Shown here in pieces: positions 54,947-64,000 of a DNA stretch of 64,000 nucleotides. The notes beneath the pieces were generated by a model, which did no database searches, had not been told where the DNA came from, and saw only the letters and a list, made by a program, of their open reading frames with translations. How positions within the stretch are numbered: position 1 is the stretch's first letter; the number at the start of each line of letters is the position of its first letter. Position numbers and translations under genes: made by a program. This DNA is from an uncultured Solirubrobacteraceae bacterium. GTDB taxonomy: Bacteria > Actinomycetota > Thermoleophilia > Solirubrobacterales > Solirubrobacteraceae. The stretch lies in contig CAVRMD010000015.1 of the NCBI GenBank assembly GCA_963722455.1, positions 24,745 through 88,744 on the forward strand, read 5' to 3'.

Positions 54947-55950
54947 CGTCGCACCGCGACGAAACGGGTGTGCACCTTGCGTGAGGTCCGCCCCGAGGGG
55001 GCCCTCGCGTAGGCGCGCAGGCGATAGCGGCCCGGGCGCAGCGTGCGGCCTCGAAGCCGCCCGCTGAAGCGCAGCTTGTTGGTGCCGCGCTTCCCGCGCC
55101 GCACGATCGAGCCGGGCAGCGTCTTGTAGCCCTTGCGGCCGGCGGCGCGCTGGATGCGCAGCACGAGGGTCGCCTTCGTCGAGAGCTTGTAGCGGATCGT
55201 CGTGCCGCGGCGGCGACCCCGGACGCGAACGCGCTTGGCGATCTTGAGGGCCTGGAGCTTGGGCCGCGAGGGCTTGGTCGTCAGCGGCACGGCCGTCGGC
55301 GCCGGCGGCGGGTCGGACGGGGTCGACACGGGCGTCGGGGCGGGTGGGCCCGGCAGCGCGGTGATGATCGTCGCGCTGGGCTGATCGACGGCGACGAGGG
55401 CGTCGAGGTCGGGCGAATGGGGGCAGGCGTTGCGCGCGGTCTCGTCGATCGTCTGACTGAAGTAGTCGCCGAGATCCTGGGCGTAGTAGGGCAGGCCGGA
55501 GACCGCCGTGCCCACGCCGAGATCGCGAGCGGCGCTGAGGATGTTGCGGCAATGGCCGGTGCTCTGCATCCAGGCGATCACGACGGCGCGGGCGTTGATC
55601 TGGCCGTAGGCGATGTTCTCGCCCACGCCGAACGGGTAGCCCGCGGCCAGCGCGCGCGTGGTCGGCGTCGACCCGCCGGGGCCGGTGTGACCGAAGAAGC
55701 TCTGGGTCGCCATGTCCCGGCTGTGGCCCCGGGCCGAGGATTGCAGACGAGCATCGCCGCGCAGCTGCGGCAGTCCGTAGTGGACGCGCAGCTGGTTGGT
55801 CAGGCAGATGATCGCGTCGCTGACGAGCGCGTGGTTCTGCTCGGTCGGTATGGCGCTCTCGCCGGGGCAGGGCGTCCGTGCCTGCGCGCTGACCGGCGAT
55901 GCGACACCGAAAGCGAGGGTGGTGAGGACGGTGAGCCAGATCCGTGACAT
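54943..55950 (-). CDS. Secreted CAP/SCP/PR1-like domain protein with basic C-terminal extension
   Basis: Signal peptide MSRIWLTVLTTLAFGVASPVSAQA. CAP motifs HSRDM..., GENIAYG and WMQSTGHCRNIL. Confidence 0.8.
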   Translation of the reverse strand: MSRIWLTVLTTLAFGVASPVSAQARTPCPGESAIPTEQNHALVSDAIICLTNQLRVHYGLPQLRGDARLQSSARGHSRDMATQSFFGHTGPGGSTPTTRALAAGYPFGVGENIAYGQINARAVVIAWMQSTGHCRNILSAARDLGVGTAVSGLPYYAQDLGDYFSQTIDETARNACPHSPDLDALVAVDQPSATIITALPGPPAPTPVSTPSDPPPAPTAVPLTTKPSRPKLQALKIAKRVRVRGRRRGTTIRYKLSTKATLVLRIQRAAGRKGYKTLPGSIVRRGKRGTNKLRFSGRLRGRTLRPGRYRLRAYARAPSGRTSRKVHTRFVAVRR

Positions 55951-56247
55951 ATGGACGGAACGGTCTCGTCGGAGGGTTGCGCGACGAGATCGGGCGTGGA
56001 CTGGACGGACGATCGACTCGCGGGCGCAGCGCAAAGCGGACGCATCGTGGACGCCGATGATCTTGACCCTCGTGCCGGTCGGGAAGATGAACGTCGGCGG
56101 ACAGATGAGCACCGCCCGGTGCGCCGCGGGTGGCCCGCCGGCGCGATGCCGGCGCCCGTCCTGCGGGCGACGCGGGATCGGAGCCCCGGCCTGCGCGGCT
56201 GCGAGCGACGCCCGCAGCGCGGCGCCTGTGAGAGCATCAGCGGCCCC

Positions 56248-57276
56248 ATGACCGGCCCCCTGCAACGCGCCCGGCCAGCGGCGTCGACGATCGCGCGCCG
56301 CGACGCAACCGTGCGTCTCGCCCGTCGCCGCGCCGTCCTCGGCCGGGGGCTGCCGGCGCTGTGCGCGCTCGCGCTGCTCGTCGCGGGGGCGGTCGTCACA
56401 GACCCCGCGGCGGCGGCCTCCAAGCGGTCGTGCTTCGGTGCCGCGGCGCGCGACGTCAAGCACCCGTGCACGAATCGGACGCGCTCGGTCAGTCCCAAGC
56501 TGAGCGACCGCTTCCGCCGCGCCGCGTCGCCCTGCGACCCGGTGAAGGCACCGTTCGAGGCGGTCTGCACGTTCGGTGCGCCCGCCGCCGCGGCCAAGCG
56601 CACGATCGCGCTCGTCGGCGACAGCCACGCGCTGCACTGGCGCGGCGCCCTCGACGTCGTCGCGGATGCCAAGCGCTGGCAGGGGTACTCGCTGACCGCG
56701 CCGGGCTGCTTCTTCTCCGCGGCCGTCGACGACCTGCCCGTGGGCCTGCGCGAGCCGTGCCGTCCCTGGTACCGGGCGGTGCAGCGCTGGCTGGCGCGCC
56801 ATCCACGGATCAGCACCGTGTTCGTCTCGCAGAGCGCGCCGACGCCGGTCGTGGTCCCGCGCGGCCGGACCTACGGGCAGGTGAAGATCAGCGGCTTCCG
56901 GCGCGCATGGCGGGCGCTGCCGCGCACCGTCAGGCAGATCGTCGTCATCCGCGACGCGCCGCGCACGACGTCGGCCACGTTCGCGTGCGTCCAGCGCGTG
57001 CTGAAAGCCGGCAGGGAGCGCCCGGGGATCGCCTGCGCGCGGTCGCGCTCAGCCGCGCTGCGCTGGGACACCGCCGTCTCGGCCGCCCGCGGGCTGCGCT
57101 CCAAGCGCTACCGCTGGATCGACATGACGCGCTACTTCTGCGGCTCCAAGCGCTGCTATCCGGTCATCGGCGGCGCGCTCGTGCACCGCGACAGCGACCA
57201 CATCACCGAGGCCTACGCGCGCACGCTCGGTCCGTTTCTGCTGCGCAGGGTCCGCGCGCTGACCGCGCCCCGCTGA
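56248..57276 (+). CDS. SGNH-hydrolase-like secreted protein (as found at the C-terminus of OafA-type acyltransferases)
   Basis: N-terminal RRRAVLGRGLPALCALALL (possible Tat signal). IALVGDSHALHW block I and a C-terminal HRDSDHIT (DxxH). Confidence 0.55.
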   Translation: MTGPLQRARPAASTIARRDATVRLARRRAVLGRGLPALCALALLVAGAVVTDPAAAASKRSCFGAAARDVKHPCTNRTRSVSPKLSDRFRRAASPCDPVKAPFEAVCTFGAPAAAAKRTIALVGDSHALHWRGALDVVADAKRWQGYSLTAPGCFFSAAVDDLPVGLREPCRPWYRAVQRWLARHPRISTVFVSQSAPTPVVVPRGRTYGQVKISGFRRAWRALPRTVRQIVVIRDAPRTTSATFACVQRVLKAGRERPGIACARSRSAALRWDTAVSAARGLRSKRYRWIDMTRYFCGSKRCYPVIGGALVHRDSDHITEAYARTLGPFLLRRVRALTAPR

Positions 57277-57319
57277 CGCGGGCGCGCGCCGCGGCGGCGT
57301 GGGGGAGCGTTTGCCGGTC

Positions 57320-58171
57320 TCAGCGGGTGAGGCGCAGGCCCCGCACCCCGACCGGGACGGGCAGCAGCGCGGCGCTGAACGGCTCGGTGCCGTTCACCAG
57401 GCTGAGCCTTCCGAGGTTGGCGTGCGCGTTGGCGTACGCGAGCTCGCGGCTGAGGTCACCGACGCCGTTGGAGGCGGTCAGCGGCAGGATCGCGACCGTG
57501 CTGAGCACACCCAGCGCCCTGCCGCTCGCGTCGAGAAACGCGCTGCCCGAATCGCCGGGGATGCCGGGGGTCGCCGTGTAGACGGTGTGGTTCCAGCCGT
57601 TCCCCGACTGTCCGAGGCTCAGGCCCGTCTTGGGGCTGAGCGCGGTGACTCCTGCGCGCAGCGACGAGTTGCCGTAGCTGCGGACGGTCTCGCCCAGCGC
57701 CGAGCTGCCGCCGACGCCGGTCGGCCCGCCCCAGTAGGGCACCGACGGATTGACGTCGTCGTAGTCGGCTGGCGCGAGCTTGATCAGCGCCAGGTCGTTG
57801 TAGGCGCAGGTGTTGGCGTCCGTCTCGCCGACCGACGCCATCGTCAGCCAGCTGTTGTAGGCCATCGTCCCGAGCGGCTTGCCGGCGCGATCTGCCACGA
57901 CGGTGCCCAGCGGCAGCGAGCTCGCCGCACAGCCGTCTGTGTCCGTCGCCGCGCCGGTGCCCGAGCAATGCGCGGCCTGCCCGAGGTAGAGCGCGCCGGC
58001 GGCGTCCTTGAAGACGAAGTTCGCGGTGCACTGCGCCCCGTCGGTGAAGGTCATGACGCCGGGATGGATCGTGGCCGTCGCAGCCGGTGCGTACGCCGAC
58101 GCGACGCCGGTGCCGACACCGGATAGGGCGAGCGCGACGGCGGCGAGCGCCAGCAGGCGTGGACGAAGCAT
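57320..58171 (-). CDS. Secreted S1 (chymotrypsin/streptogrisin-like) serine protease
   Basis: Signal peptide, plus the catalytic triad contexts AAHC, NDLALIKL and GDSGSAF. Confidence 0.85.
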   Translation of the reverse strand: MLRPRLLALAAVALALSGVGTGVASAYAPAATATIHPGVMTFTDGAQCTANFVFKDAAGALYLGQAAHCSGTGAATDTDGCAASSLPLGTVVADRAGKPLGTMAYNSWLTMASVGETDANTCAYNDLALIKLAPADYDDVNPSVPYWGGPTGVGGSSALGETVRSYGNSSLRAGVTALSPKTGLSLGQSGNGWNHTVYTATPGIPGDSGSAFLDASGRALGVLSTVAILPLTASNGVGDLSRELAYANAHANLGRLSLVNGTEPFSAALLPVPVGVRGLRLTR

Positions 58172-58246
58172 GGTGTAACTCCCCTCGAACGTGATGGCGT
58201 TACCGTAGCGTCCGCGGCGGGCGCGGGGCGATGATGCAGCGCGACG

Positions 58247-58969
58247 TCATGCGCGCAGCCGCGCGACGGGTCGCTGGGGCGCATAGCTGCGCCGGCGCAG
58301 GCTCGTCGCGGCGGCGGCGGTGAAGGCGACGGCGAGCAGGATCGCCGCGAGCGTCACGGCGCGGGGGATGGCCGGCGCTGCCTGCGCTTCGCCGGCAGCG
58401 GCGGGGGCGGCCGGCTCGGCGTGGTCGGCTGCGCCGGAGGCCACGGCCACGCCCGCGTGGGCGTGGGCGCGCTGCAGCCCGGGCATGCCCGCCGCGCTGA
58501 CGGCGAGCAGCAGCGCGACGCCGGCCGCGGTGCCGGCGAGCCTGGGCGCGCGACGGGTCGCGCGACCCGCGGCGCGCGATCCGCCGGCTGACCGCAGCGC
58601 GTGTGCGGCGAGCGCGAGGAGCGCGATCTCGGCCGAGACCGAGACGATCCCCGCGGTGCTCGTCCAGTCCCCGACGTGGTCGGCCATCCGCGGCAGGGCC
58701 ACGACGCGGCTCAGCGCGTAGCCGGCCAGCGTCGCCGCGCTGAGCGTGCCGATCGCGATCCAGGTGCCCCGCAGCGCGCGCGGGCGGCGGCGCACGAGCA
58801 CGAGCGCCAGGACGACGCAGGCGACGATCAGCAGCGAGAACAGCGTCGCCATGTAGGCGACGCCCTCCTCGAGCTTGTGCGACAGGTCGACGAGATGCGT
58901 GATCGCGACGACGTTCAGCAGCCCGACGGCGATCGTTCGCAGCAGCGCCTCGCGCGGGGTCATCGTCAT
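58247..58969 (-). CDS. Integral membrane hypothetical protein
   Basis: Four to five hydrophobic helices. AAGGAG lies 9 nt upstream of the ATG at 58969. Confidence 0.5.
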   Translation of the reverse strand: MTMTPREALLRTIAVGLLNVVAITHLVDLSHKLEEGVAYMATLFSLLIVACVVLALVLVRRRPRALRGTWIAIGTLSAATLAGYALSRVVALPRMADHVGDWTSTAGIVSVSAEIALLALAAHALRSAGGSRAAGRATRRAPRLAGTAAGVALLLAVSAAGMPGLQRAHAHAGVAVASGAADHAEPAAPAAAGEAQAAPAIPRAVTLAAILLAVAFTAAAATSLRRRSYAPQRPVARLRA

Positions 58970-59088
58970 GGTCGTTGGCTCCTTCGGCGCGTGGCGCGCA
59001 GGATCTGGGGAGGCGGGCTTGGTCGCCGGGTACTGCGTGCGCGCCACCCGCGCGGATCAGCCGCGGCCGAGCTCGGGGCCGGGCAGCG

Positions 59089-60888
59089 TCACGCCTCCAG
59101 CGTCTGCGCCGCCTCCAGCCACGATGCCTCGAGCAGCTCGCGCTCGGTCAGCAGCGCGGCGAGCTGCTCCTGCAGCGCCCGCAGGCGCGCGTGGTCGGTC
59201 GCCGCGACGGCCATCGCAGCATGCAGCTCGCGCTCGTCTTCGCCGAGGCGCTCGAGCGCGCGCTCGAGGCGCTGGACCTCCTTGCGCGCGGCGCGCAGCG
59301 ACCCGCCCGGGCTTCTCGCCGTGGCGCTCCCCGCGGCCGGTCCGCGCGGCCGATCGGCCCCGGACGCCGCCGCCCGCCGCCCCTCGACGTACTGCTCGAT
59401 CCCGCCGGGCAGGTGGCGCAGAGCGCCGGTGCCCGTGAGCGCGTGCACGTCGTCGCAGACGCGCTCGACGAAGTAGCGGTCGTGGCTGACGACGACCAGC
59501 GTGCCGGGCCAGCGATCCAGCAGGTCCTCCAGGGCGGTCAGCGTCTCGATGTCGAGGTCGTTCGTCGGCTCGTCGAGCAGCAGGACGTTGGGCTCGGCCA
59601 TGAGCAGGCGCATGAGCTGCAGGCGCCGGCGCTGGCCGCCCGACAGGTCGGCCACGAGCGTGCGCGCGAGGTCCCCGCGAAAGCCGAACCGGTCGCAGAG
59701 CATGCTGGCCGTGATCTCCTGGCCGTCGCTCAGCGTCGCGTGGCCGCGGACCTGCTCGAGCGCCTCGAGCACGCGCAGCTGCGGCGCGATCTCGGTCGTG
59801 TCCTGGGAGAGGCGGGCCAGGCGGACCGTCGCGCCGCGGTCGACCCGGCCGCCGTCGGGATCGAGCTCGCCCGCGAGCAGCGCCAGCAGCGTCGTCTTGC
59901 CCGAGCCGTTGACGCCGACGAGGGCGACGCGGTCGCCGGGGCCCAGCCGCCACGTCAGCCCGTCCAGCAGCGTCCGATCGCCGAAGCGCAGCGAGACGTC
60001 GACGGCCTCGAGCACCTTGTCGCCGAGCCGCGACGTCGCGAAGCGCAGCAGCTCGGCGCGGTCGCGCACCTCGGGCTCGTCGGCGATGAGCGCCTCGGCG
60101 GCGTCGATGCGGAACTTCGGCTTGCTCGTCCGCGCGGGCGGGCCGCGGCGCAGCCAGGCGAGCTCCTTGCGCAGCAGCTGCCGGCGGCGGTCCGAGCGCG
60201 CCGCCGCCTGGCGGTCGCGCTCGGCGCGCGCGAGGACGAACGCCGCGTAGCCGCCCTCGTAGCGGTGGACGGTCTGCTCGGCGACCTCCCACGTCGCCGT
60301 GCAGACGGCGTCGAGGAACCAGCGATCGTGGGTCACGACGAGCAGCGCGCCGCGCCGCGCGGCGAGGTGCCCGGCGAGCCAGTCGACCGCCTCGACGTCG
60401 AGGTGGTTCGTCGGCTCGTCGAGCAGCAGCAGCTCGGGGCCGTCGAGCAGCAGGCGCGCGATCGCGATGCGGCGCCGCTCGCCGCCCGACAGCGAGGCGA
60501 TCGGGGTGCGCATCCCGCCCGCGAAGCGCTCGAGCGCGACGCCGCCGAGCAGTCCGTCGAGCACGCCGCGAAACGCGCTGTCGGCCGCCCACTCGTGGTC
60601 GGCCCGGCTGCCGACGAGCGCGTCGCGGATCGTCGCGTGGACGTCGAGCTCGTCGCCCTGGCCGAGCAGCGCCAGCCCGACGTCGCGCGCCCGCGTCACC
60701 TGGCCGGCGTCGGGCGGCTCGGCACCGGCGATGAGGCGCAGCAGCGTGGACTTGCCGTCGCCGTTGCGCCCGACGACGCCGATCCGCTCGGCGGCCGCGA
60801 TCCCGAGCGTGACGTCGTGCAGGACGGTGCGGCTGCCGTAGCCCTTGCCGACGGCCTTGAGGTTGACGAGGTTGCGCGCGGCGGCCAT
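59089..60888 (-). CDS. ABC-F family ATPase (two NBDs, no TM domain)
   Basis: Two Walker A sites (GRNGDGKST, GVNGSGKTT), two signatures (LSGGERRR, LSGGQRRR) and a C-terminal coiled coil. Confidence 0.9.
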   Translation of the reverse strand: MAAARNLVNLKAVGKGYGSRTVLHDVTLGIAAAERIGVVGRNGDGKSTLLRLIAGAEPPDAGQVTRARDVGLALLGQGDELDVHATIRDALVGSRADHEWAADSAFRGVLDGLLGGVALERFAGGMRTPIASLSGGERRRIAIARLLLDGPELLLLDEPTNHLDVEAVDWLAGHLAARRGALLVVTHDRWFLDAVCTATWEVAEQTVHRYEGGYAAFVLARAERDRQAAARSDRRRQLLRKELAWLRRGPPARTSKPKFRIDAAEALIADEPEVRDRAELLRFATSRLGDKVLEAVDVSLRFGDRTLLDGLTWRLGPGDRVALVGVNGSGKTTLLALLAGELDPDGGRVDRGATVRLARLSQDTTEIAPQLRVLEALEQVRGHATLSDGQEITASMLCDRFGFRGDLARTLVADLSGGQRRRLQLMRLLMAEPNVLLLDEPTNDLDIETLTALEDLLDRWPGTLVVVSHDRYFVERVCDDVHALTGTGALRHLPGGIEQYVEGRRAAASGADRPRGPAAGSATARSPGGSLRAARKEVQRLERALERLGEDERELHAAMAVAATDHARLRALQEQLAALLTERELLEASWLEAAQTLEA

Positions 60889-60895
60889 CGCCGTC

Positions 60896-62182
60896 TCAGG
60901 CCGGCGGCGCGGTGATGAGCAACGGTGACGCGACGCGGCGGTCGCCGATCCGCAGGTAGAAGAGCGCGATCCCGGCGTGGCCGTCGAGCAGCCCGGGCGC
61001 GAAGCCGCCGGGCAGACCGCAGGGCCAGCCGTCGAGTCCGTTCTCGTAGCGGCTGATCCCGTGCTCGGCAAGGCGCCGGGCCAGCGCGACCCGGCCCGCC
61101 GGATCGTCGTCGAGCAGGTCGGCGCCGAGCAGCAGCGCGTCGGCGGCACCGGCGAGGCCGTCGGCGAGCGCGAAGCTCTCGCCGGCGGCCGCGAGGCCGC
61201 GCTCGACGCGCGCGGCCGTCGTCGTGAGGGCGGCGAGCGCCTCGGTGCGCAGGCGCTCGTCGCCGAGCAGCGACCAGGCGCGCAGCCGGGCGAGGGCGAT
61301 CCCCGGCGCGCCGTGCGCCCAGCTGTCCTCGCGCGGCGCGACGAAGCGACCGCGGCGCTCGCCGCGGTCGATGCCGCGCAGGTCCGGCCAGCCGCCCGCG
61401 TCCGGGTCGTGCCAGCGCCGCTCGTAGTCCAGCGCCCGCAGGGCGGCATCGCGGTGGCGCGCCTCGCCGGTGCGCGCGAACAGCTCGAGCAGGGCCCAGG
61501 CCGCGCCGGCCGCGCCGCGCGAGAAGCCGCAGAGCGGATGCTCGGCGGGTGACGAGGGCGACCGCCAGGCGCCGCCGGCCGGCCCGCGCGTCGCCGTGCC
61601 GGCGAGCTCGTCGCCGAGCTGCGCCGCGCGGCTCACCAGACGATCGTCGCCGAGCAGCCCGGCGAGCGCGAGCAGCCCCGCGACCGCCCCCGCGGTCCCC
61701 TGCACGAGATCGGCGGCCGCGGTCGGCGGCGGCGCTGCGCGGGCGACCCGCGCCGCCCGCGCCAGCAGGCGCTCGTCGGCGAGCAACACGCCGCAGCGCG
61801 CTGCCGCGTAGGCGACGCCGAGCCGTCCGGCGTAGAGCCCGCGTGCCGCGTGGCGCGGGATCTCGTCGACGTGCGCGAGCGCCTGCTCGATCGCGCCGCG
61901 GGCGGTCCGCGCGAGCGCGTCGTCGGCGCCGGCCGCGTGCAGCTGCGCGAGCGCGAGCGCGACGCCGGCCGTCCCGCCCCCGAGGTCGGGGCCGAGGGCG
62001 CGATGCACGACGCGCGCCTGCGATCGACCGCGCGCGGCCTCGACGGCGGGGGCGACCCAGTTGCAGCGCGCGCGGTACCAGACCGCCGCGCGCACGATCC
62101 GCCCGCCGATGCCGGCCGCGGTCGCGAGGGCGTCGGGCCGGGCGGCCGCGGGCGGCGCGATGCTACGAAAGCTCGTAGGCAT
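60896..62182 (-). CDS. LanC-like protein lacking the canonical zinc/catalytic ligands
   Basis: Repeated GxAG helix-hairpin motifs (GGTAGVALALAQL, GRLGVAYAA, QGTAGAVAGLLAL). The His/Cys motifs read GFSRGAAG, SWAHGAPG and LADGLAG instead of GxAHG, SWCxG and LCHG. Confidence 0.8.
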   Translation of the reverse strand: MPTSFRSIAPPAAARPDALATAAGIGGRIVRAAVWYRARCNWVAPAVEAARGRSQARVVHRALGPDLGGGTAGVALALAQLHAAGADDALARTARGAIEQALAHVDEIPRHAARGLYAGRLGVAYAAARCGVLLADERLLARAARVARAAPPPTAAADLVQGTAGAVAGLLALAGLLGDDRLVSRAAQLGDELAGTATRGPAGGAWRSPSSPAEHPLCGFSRGAAGAAWALLELFARTGEARHRDAALRALDYERRWHDPDAGGWPDLRGIDRGERRGRFVAPREDSWAHGAPGIALARLRAWSLLGDERLRTEALAALTTTAARVERGLAAAGESFALADGLAGAADALLLGADLLDDDPAGRVALARRLAEHGISRYENGLDGWPCGLPGGFAPGLLDGHAGIALFYLRIGDRRVASPLLITAPPA

Positions 62183-63176
62183 CCCGCGACCCCGGTCGGA
62201 GGTACGGCGCGTCGAGCGTCAGCCCCGCGTCGGCGAAGCGGCGCTCGACGAGGGCGAGGCGCCGCGCCGGCTCGTCCAGGCGCCGCTCGCGCGCCGCGAG
62301 CACCGCCTCGGCGAGCAGCCGGCAGCGCTGCTCGCCGAAGCGCCGCCCGCCGGCGGGCTCCTCGGCGACGGCGATCCCGCGCGAGAGCGGCTTGGCGAAG
62401 GCCGGCGCGGGGTCGGCGAGCTGGGCGCGCAGCGCGCGCAGCAGCGGGCGCAGCAGCGACGCGACCGCGGCGAAGTCCTCCGTCCGGACGAGCAGGTCGG
62501 CGGCGCTGGCGTCCCGGTAGCGGGCCGGATCGGTCGCGAGCTCGAGGCCAAACGGCAGCTCCGCGCGGTTGAGGACGTACGTCGCCCGCGCGACGAGCGT
62601 CACGGCCCCGGCCGCGGCGACGTTCCAGCTCAGCCGGGTGAGCGCCGCGTCGCCGTCTGCGCGCAGCGGCGCGTCGCCGAGCGCGACGTACAGGCCCGGG
62701 GTGAGTCCCGCGGCCTCCTTCGGCACGCGGACCGCCGGCGGCGCGCCGGCGTCGGTCTCCGCGACGAGCCGGGCGTCGTCGGCGGCCACGCGCAGACGCA
62801 GGCCGTCGGGGCGCTGCACCGTCGTCTCGTCGGGGCCGTGTCCGACGACCCGCCAGCCGGCCTGCCACTGACCGCGACCGCAGTTGGCCTGCGACAGCGC
62901 ACGCACGAAGCCATCGCCGTCGCCCGCCGGCGCCGGCCCGAGCGGCGGGGGAAGCGGCACGCCGGCGCCGTGGAAGTCGCGCTCCAGGCGCCGCGCGATC
63001 GCATCGACGAGCAGCTCGCGCCGGCGCGCCTCGCCGACGCGTGCGCGCTCACGGGGGGTCAGGACCTCGGTGCGCCGGCCGAACCAGACGTAGGCGCACG
63101 GCGGCCGCGCGTCGACCGCGCGCAGCGCCGCCGCGACCTGGCGGCGGTAGCGATCGGTGATCGCGGCGGCGAGCAT
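62163..63176 (-). CDS. Hypothetical protein, HopA1-like lyase candidate (assigned by context)
   Basis: About 337 aa. The ATG overlaps the kinase stop (ATGA) and the 3' end overlaps the LanC-like start by 20 nt. The family assignment is not verified by motif. Confidence 0.4.
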   Translation of the reverse strand: MLAAAITDRYRRQVAAALRAVDARPPCAYVWFGRRTEVLTPRERARVGEARRRELLVDAIARRLERDFHGAGVPLPPPLGPAPAGDGDGFVRALSQANCGRGQWQAGWRVVGHGPDETTVQRPDGLRLRVAADDARLVAETDAGAPPAVRVPKEAAGLTPGLYVALGDAPLRADGDAALTRLSWNVAAAGAVTLVARATYVLNRAELPFGLELATDPARYRDASAADLLVRTEDFAAVASLLRPLLRALRAQLADPAPAFAKPLSRGIAVAEEPAGGRRFGEQRCRLLAEAVLAARERRLDEPARRLALVERRFADAGLTLDAPYLRPGSRDAYELS

Positions 63177-64000
63177 CACGCGTGCGCCAGCTCGCCGCGC
63201 AGCGCGTCGGGCTCGAGCAGCAGCCCGCGCGCGAGGCGCAGCGCGCTCCCGATGCGCGCGGTCAGGCAGCCGGCCTCCTGGGTGTCCTCGTAGCCGCTCT
63301 GGACGAGGCGTGCCGCGGCGTAGCGGACCGAGCGCGCCAGGAGCTGCTCGGCGGGCCGTCCGCTCAGCCCGCGGGCCCGCGCGTAGGCGCGCCACAGCGA
63401 CGCCAGCGCCGGCCGGACCGCCGGCCAGGGGCGCTGCGCCTGCTCGGCGCCCCGCCTGTCGCGGGGATCGAGCCCGTCCGGGATCGTCGCGAGCCCGAAG
63501 CCGAGCAGCTCGCCGATCGCCGATCCGACGTCGAGTGCCGGATCGCCCCAACCGGCCATCTCCCAGTCGACGAGCGCCACGCGCGTCAGGCGCGCCTGCT
63601 GCGGTGCCGGCACGGCGATGCAGTTGGCCAGCTTGACGTCGCGGTGCACGAGCGCCTCGACGCGCCAGCCCGCGCGCAGGTCGTCGAGGGCCGCGGCGAA
63701 CGGCTCGTCGCGCTGGATCGAGGCGATGAGCTCGATGCTCGCCGCGCTGAGATAGCGCAGCGCGTCCAGCGGCGGACGGTGCAGCGACAGCACCCAGGGC
63801 GGATCGCAGCGCAGCTGCTCCTCGTCGGGGGCCACGGCGTGCAGCGCGGCGAGCGCGCGGCCGAGCGCCGCGGCGAGGACCGTCGAGGCTCGCGTGCGCG
63901 CGGCGTGCACGCGGTAGAGGTCCAGGCCGCCGGCGATCCACTCGATCGTGAGCACGCCGGCCGCGCGGTGAAAGCCGTAGACCCGCGGGACATGGCGCGC
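63176..64000 (-). CDS. APH/protein-kinase-like phosphotransferase, 5' end outside the window
   Basis: Catalytic loop HRDVKLANCI and the metal-binding region LVDWEMAGWGDPALD. The frame stays open to the window edge. Confidence 0.75.
   Translation of the reverse strand, partial: ARHVPRVYGFHRAAGVLTIEWIAGGLDLYRVHAARTRASTVLAAALGRALAALHAVAPDEEQLRCDPPWVLSLHRPPLDALRYLSAASIELIASIQRDEPFAAALDDLRAGWRVEALVHRDVKLANCIAVPAPQQARLTRVALVDWEMAGWGDPALDVGSAIGELLGFGLATIPDGLDPRDRRGAEQAQRPWPAVRPALASLWRAYARARGLSGRPAEQLLARSVRYAAARLVQSGYEDTQEAGCLTARIGSALRLARGLLLEPDALRGELAHA

Overview
This is a 64 kb, very high-GC window (about 70% by eye) that is densely coding and looks like Actinomycetota. The evidence is an FHA-MerR block next to pgsA, a WS/DGAT, a truncated haemoglobin and an RsiG-like gene; a Thermoleophilia-type host is only a guess. 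I found no rRNA, tRNA or CRISPR array by eye. Housekeeping genes I recognise are ispG, sodA, proS, pgsA-like, apt, nadE, dinB, hup, moeA and a group-1/2 sigma factor.

They are interspersed with accessory blocks:
1. 22.3-26.2 kb: a tightly coupled four-gene cassette of two paralogous unknown proteins, a DyP peroxidase and a cytochrome P450.
2. 26.5-36.5 kb: a metal-homeostasis island. It holds a 5-gene peptide/nickel-type ABC importer, an ArsR/SmtB regulator with a 26-His tail, a ZnuABC-like importer, a Zur-like regulator and an HExxH protease.
3. 48.4-54.3 kb: a co-directional minus-strand cluster of glutaredoxin, trHbO, MoaD-like carrier, BNR propeller, CitE-like lyase, CrtI-like oxidase and M20 peptidase.
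4. 59.1 kb to the right edge: kinase, HopA1-like protein, zinc-ligand-less LanC-like protein and an ABC-F ATPase. This resembles a three-component (class V-like) lanthionine synthetase, with no precursor gene visible in the window.

Three copies of a short inverted-repeat element sit exactly at gene boundaries. They have C-TA-[GTGGGTCATCCA...TGGATGACCCAC]-TA-G ends, the IS630 CTAG/TA insertion signature.

Other points:
- a decayed tandem paralog of a GH-A hydrolase
- a WS/DGAT whose conserved N-terminus has no in-frame start codon
- a single-motif RsiG-like c-di-GMP anti-sigma candidate
- a minimal H-Y-E ART-like ORF
- several small repeats and palindromes

Many long Arg/Ala/Pro-rich ORFs in the six-frame track are opposite-strand or off-frame artefacts of the GC content and are not called. 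All functional calls come from motif and family recognition by eye; no searches were run.
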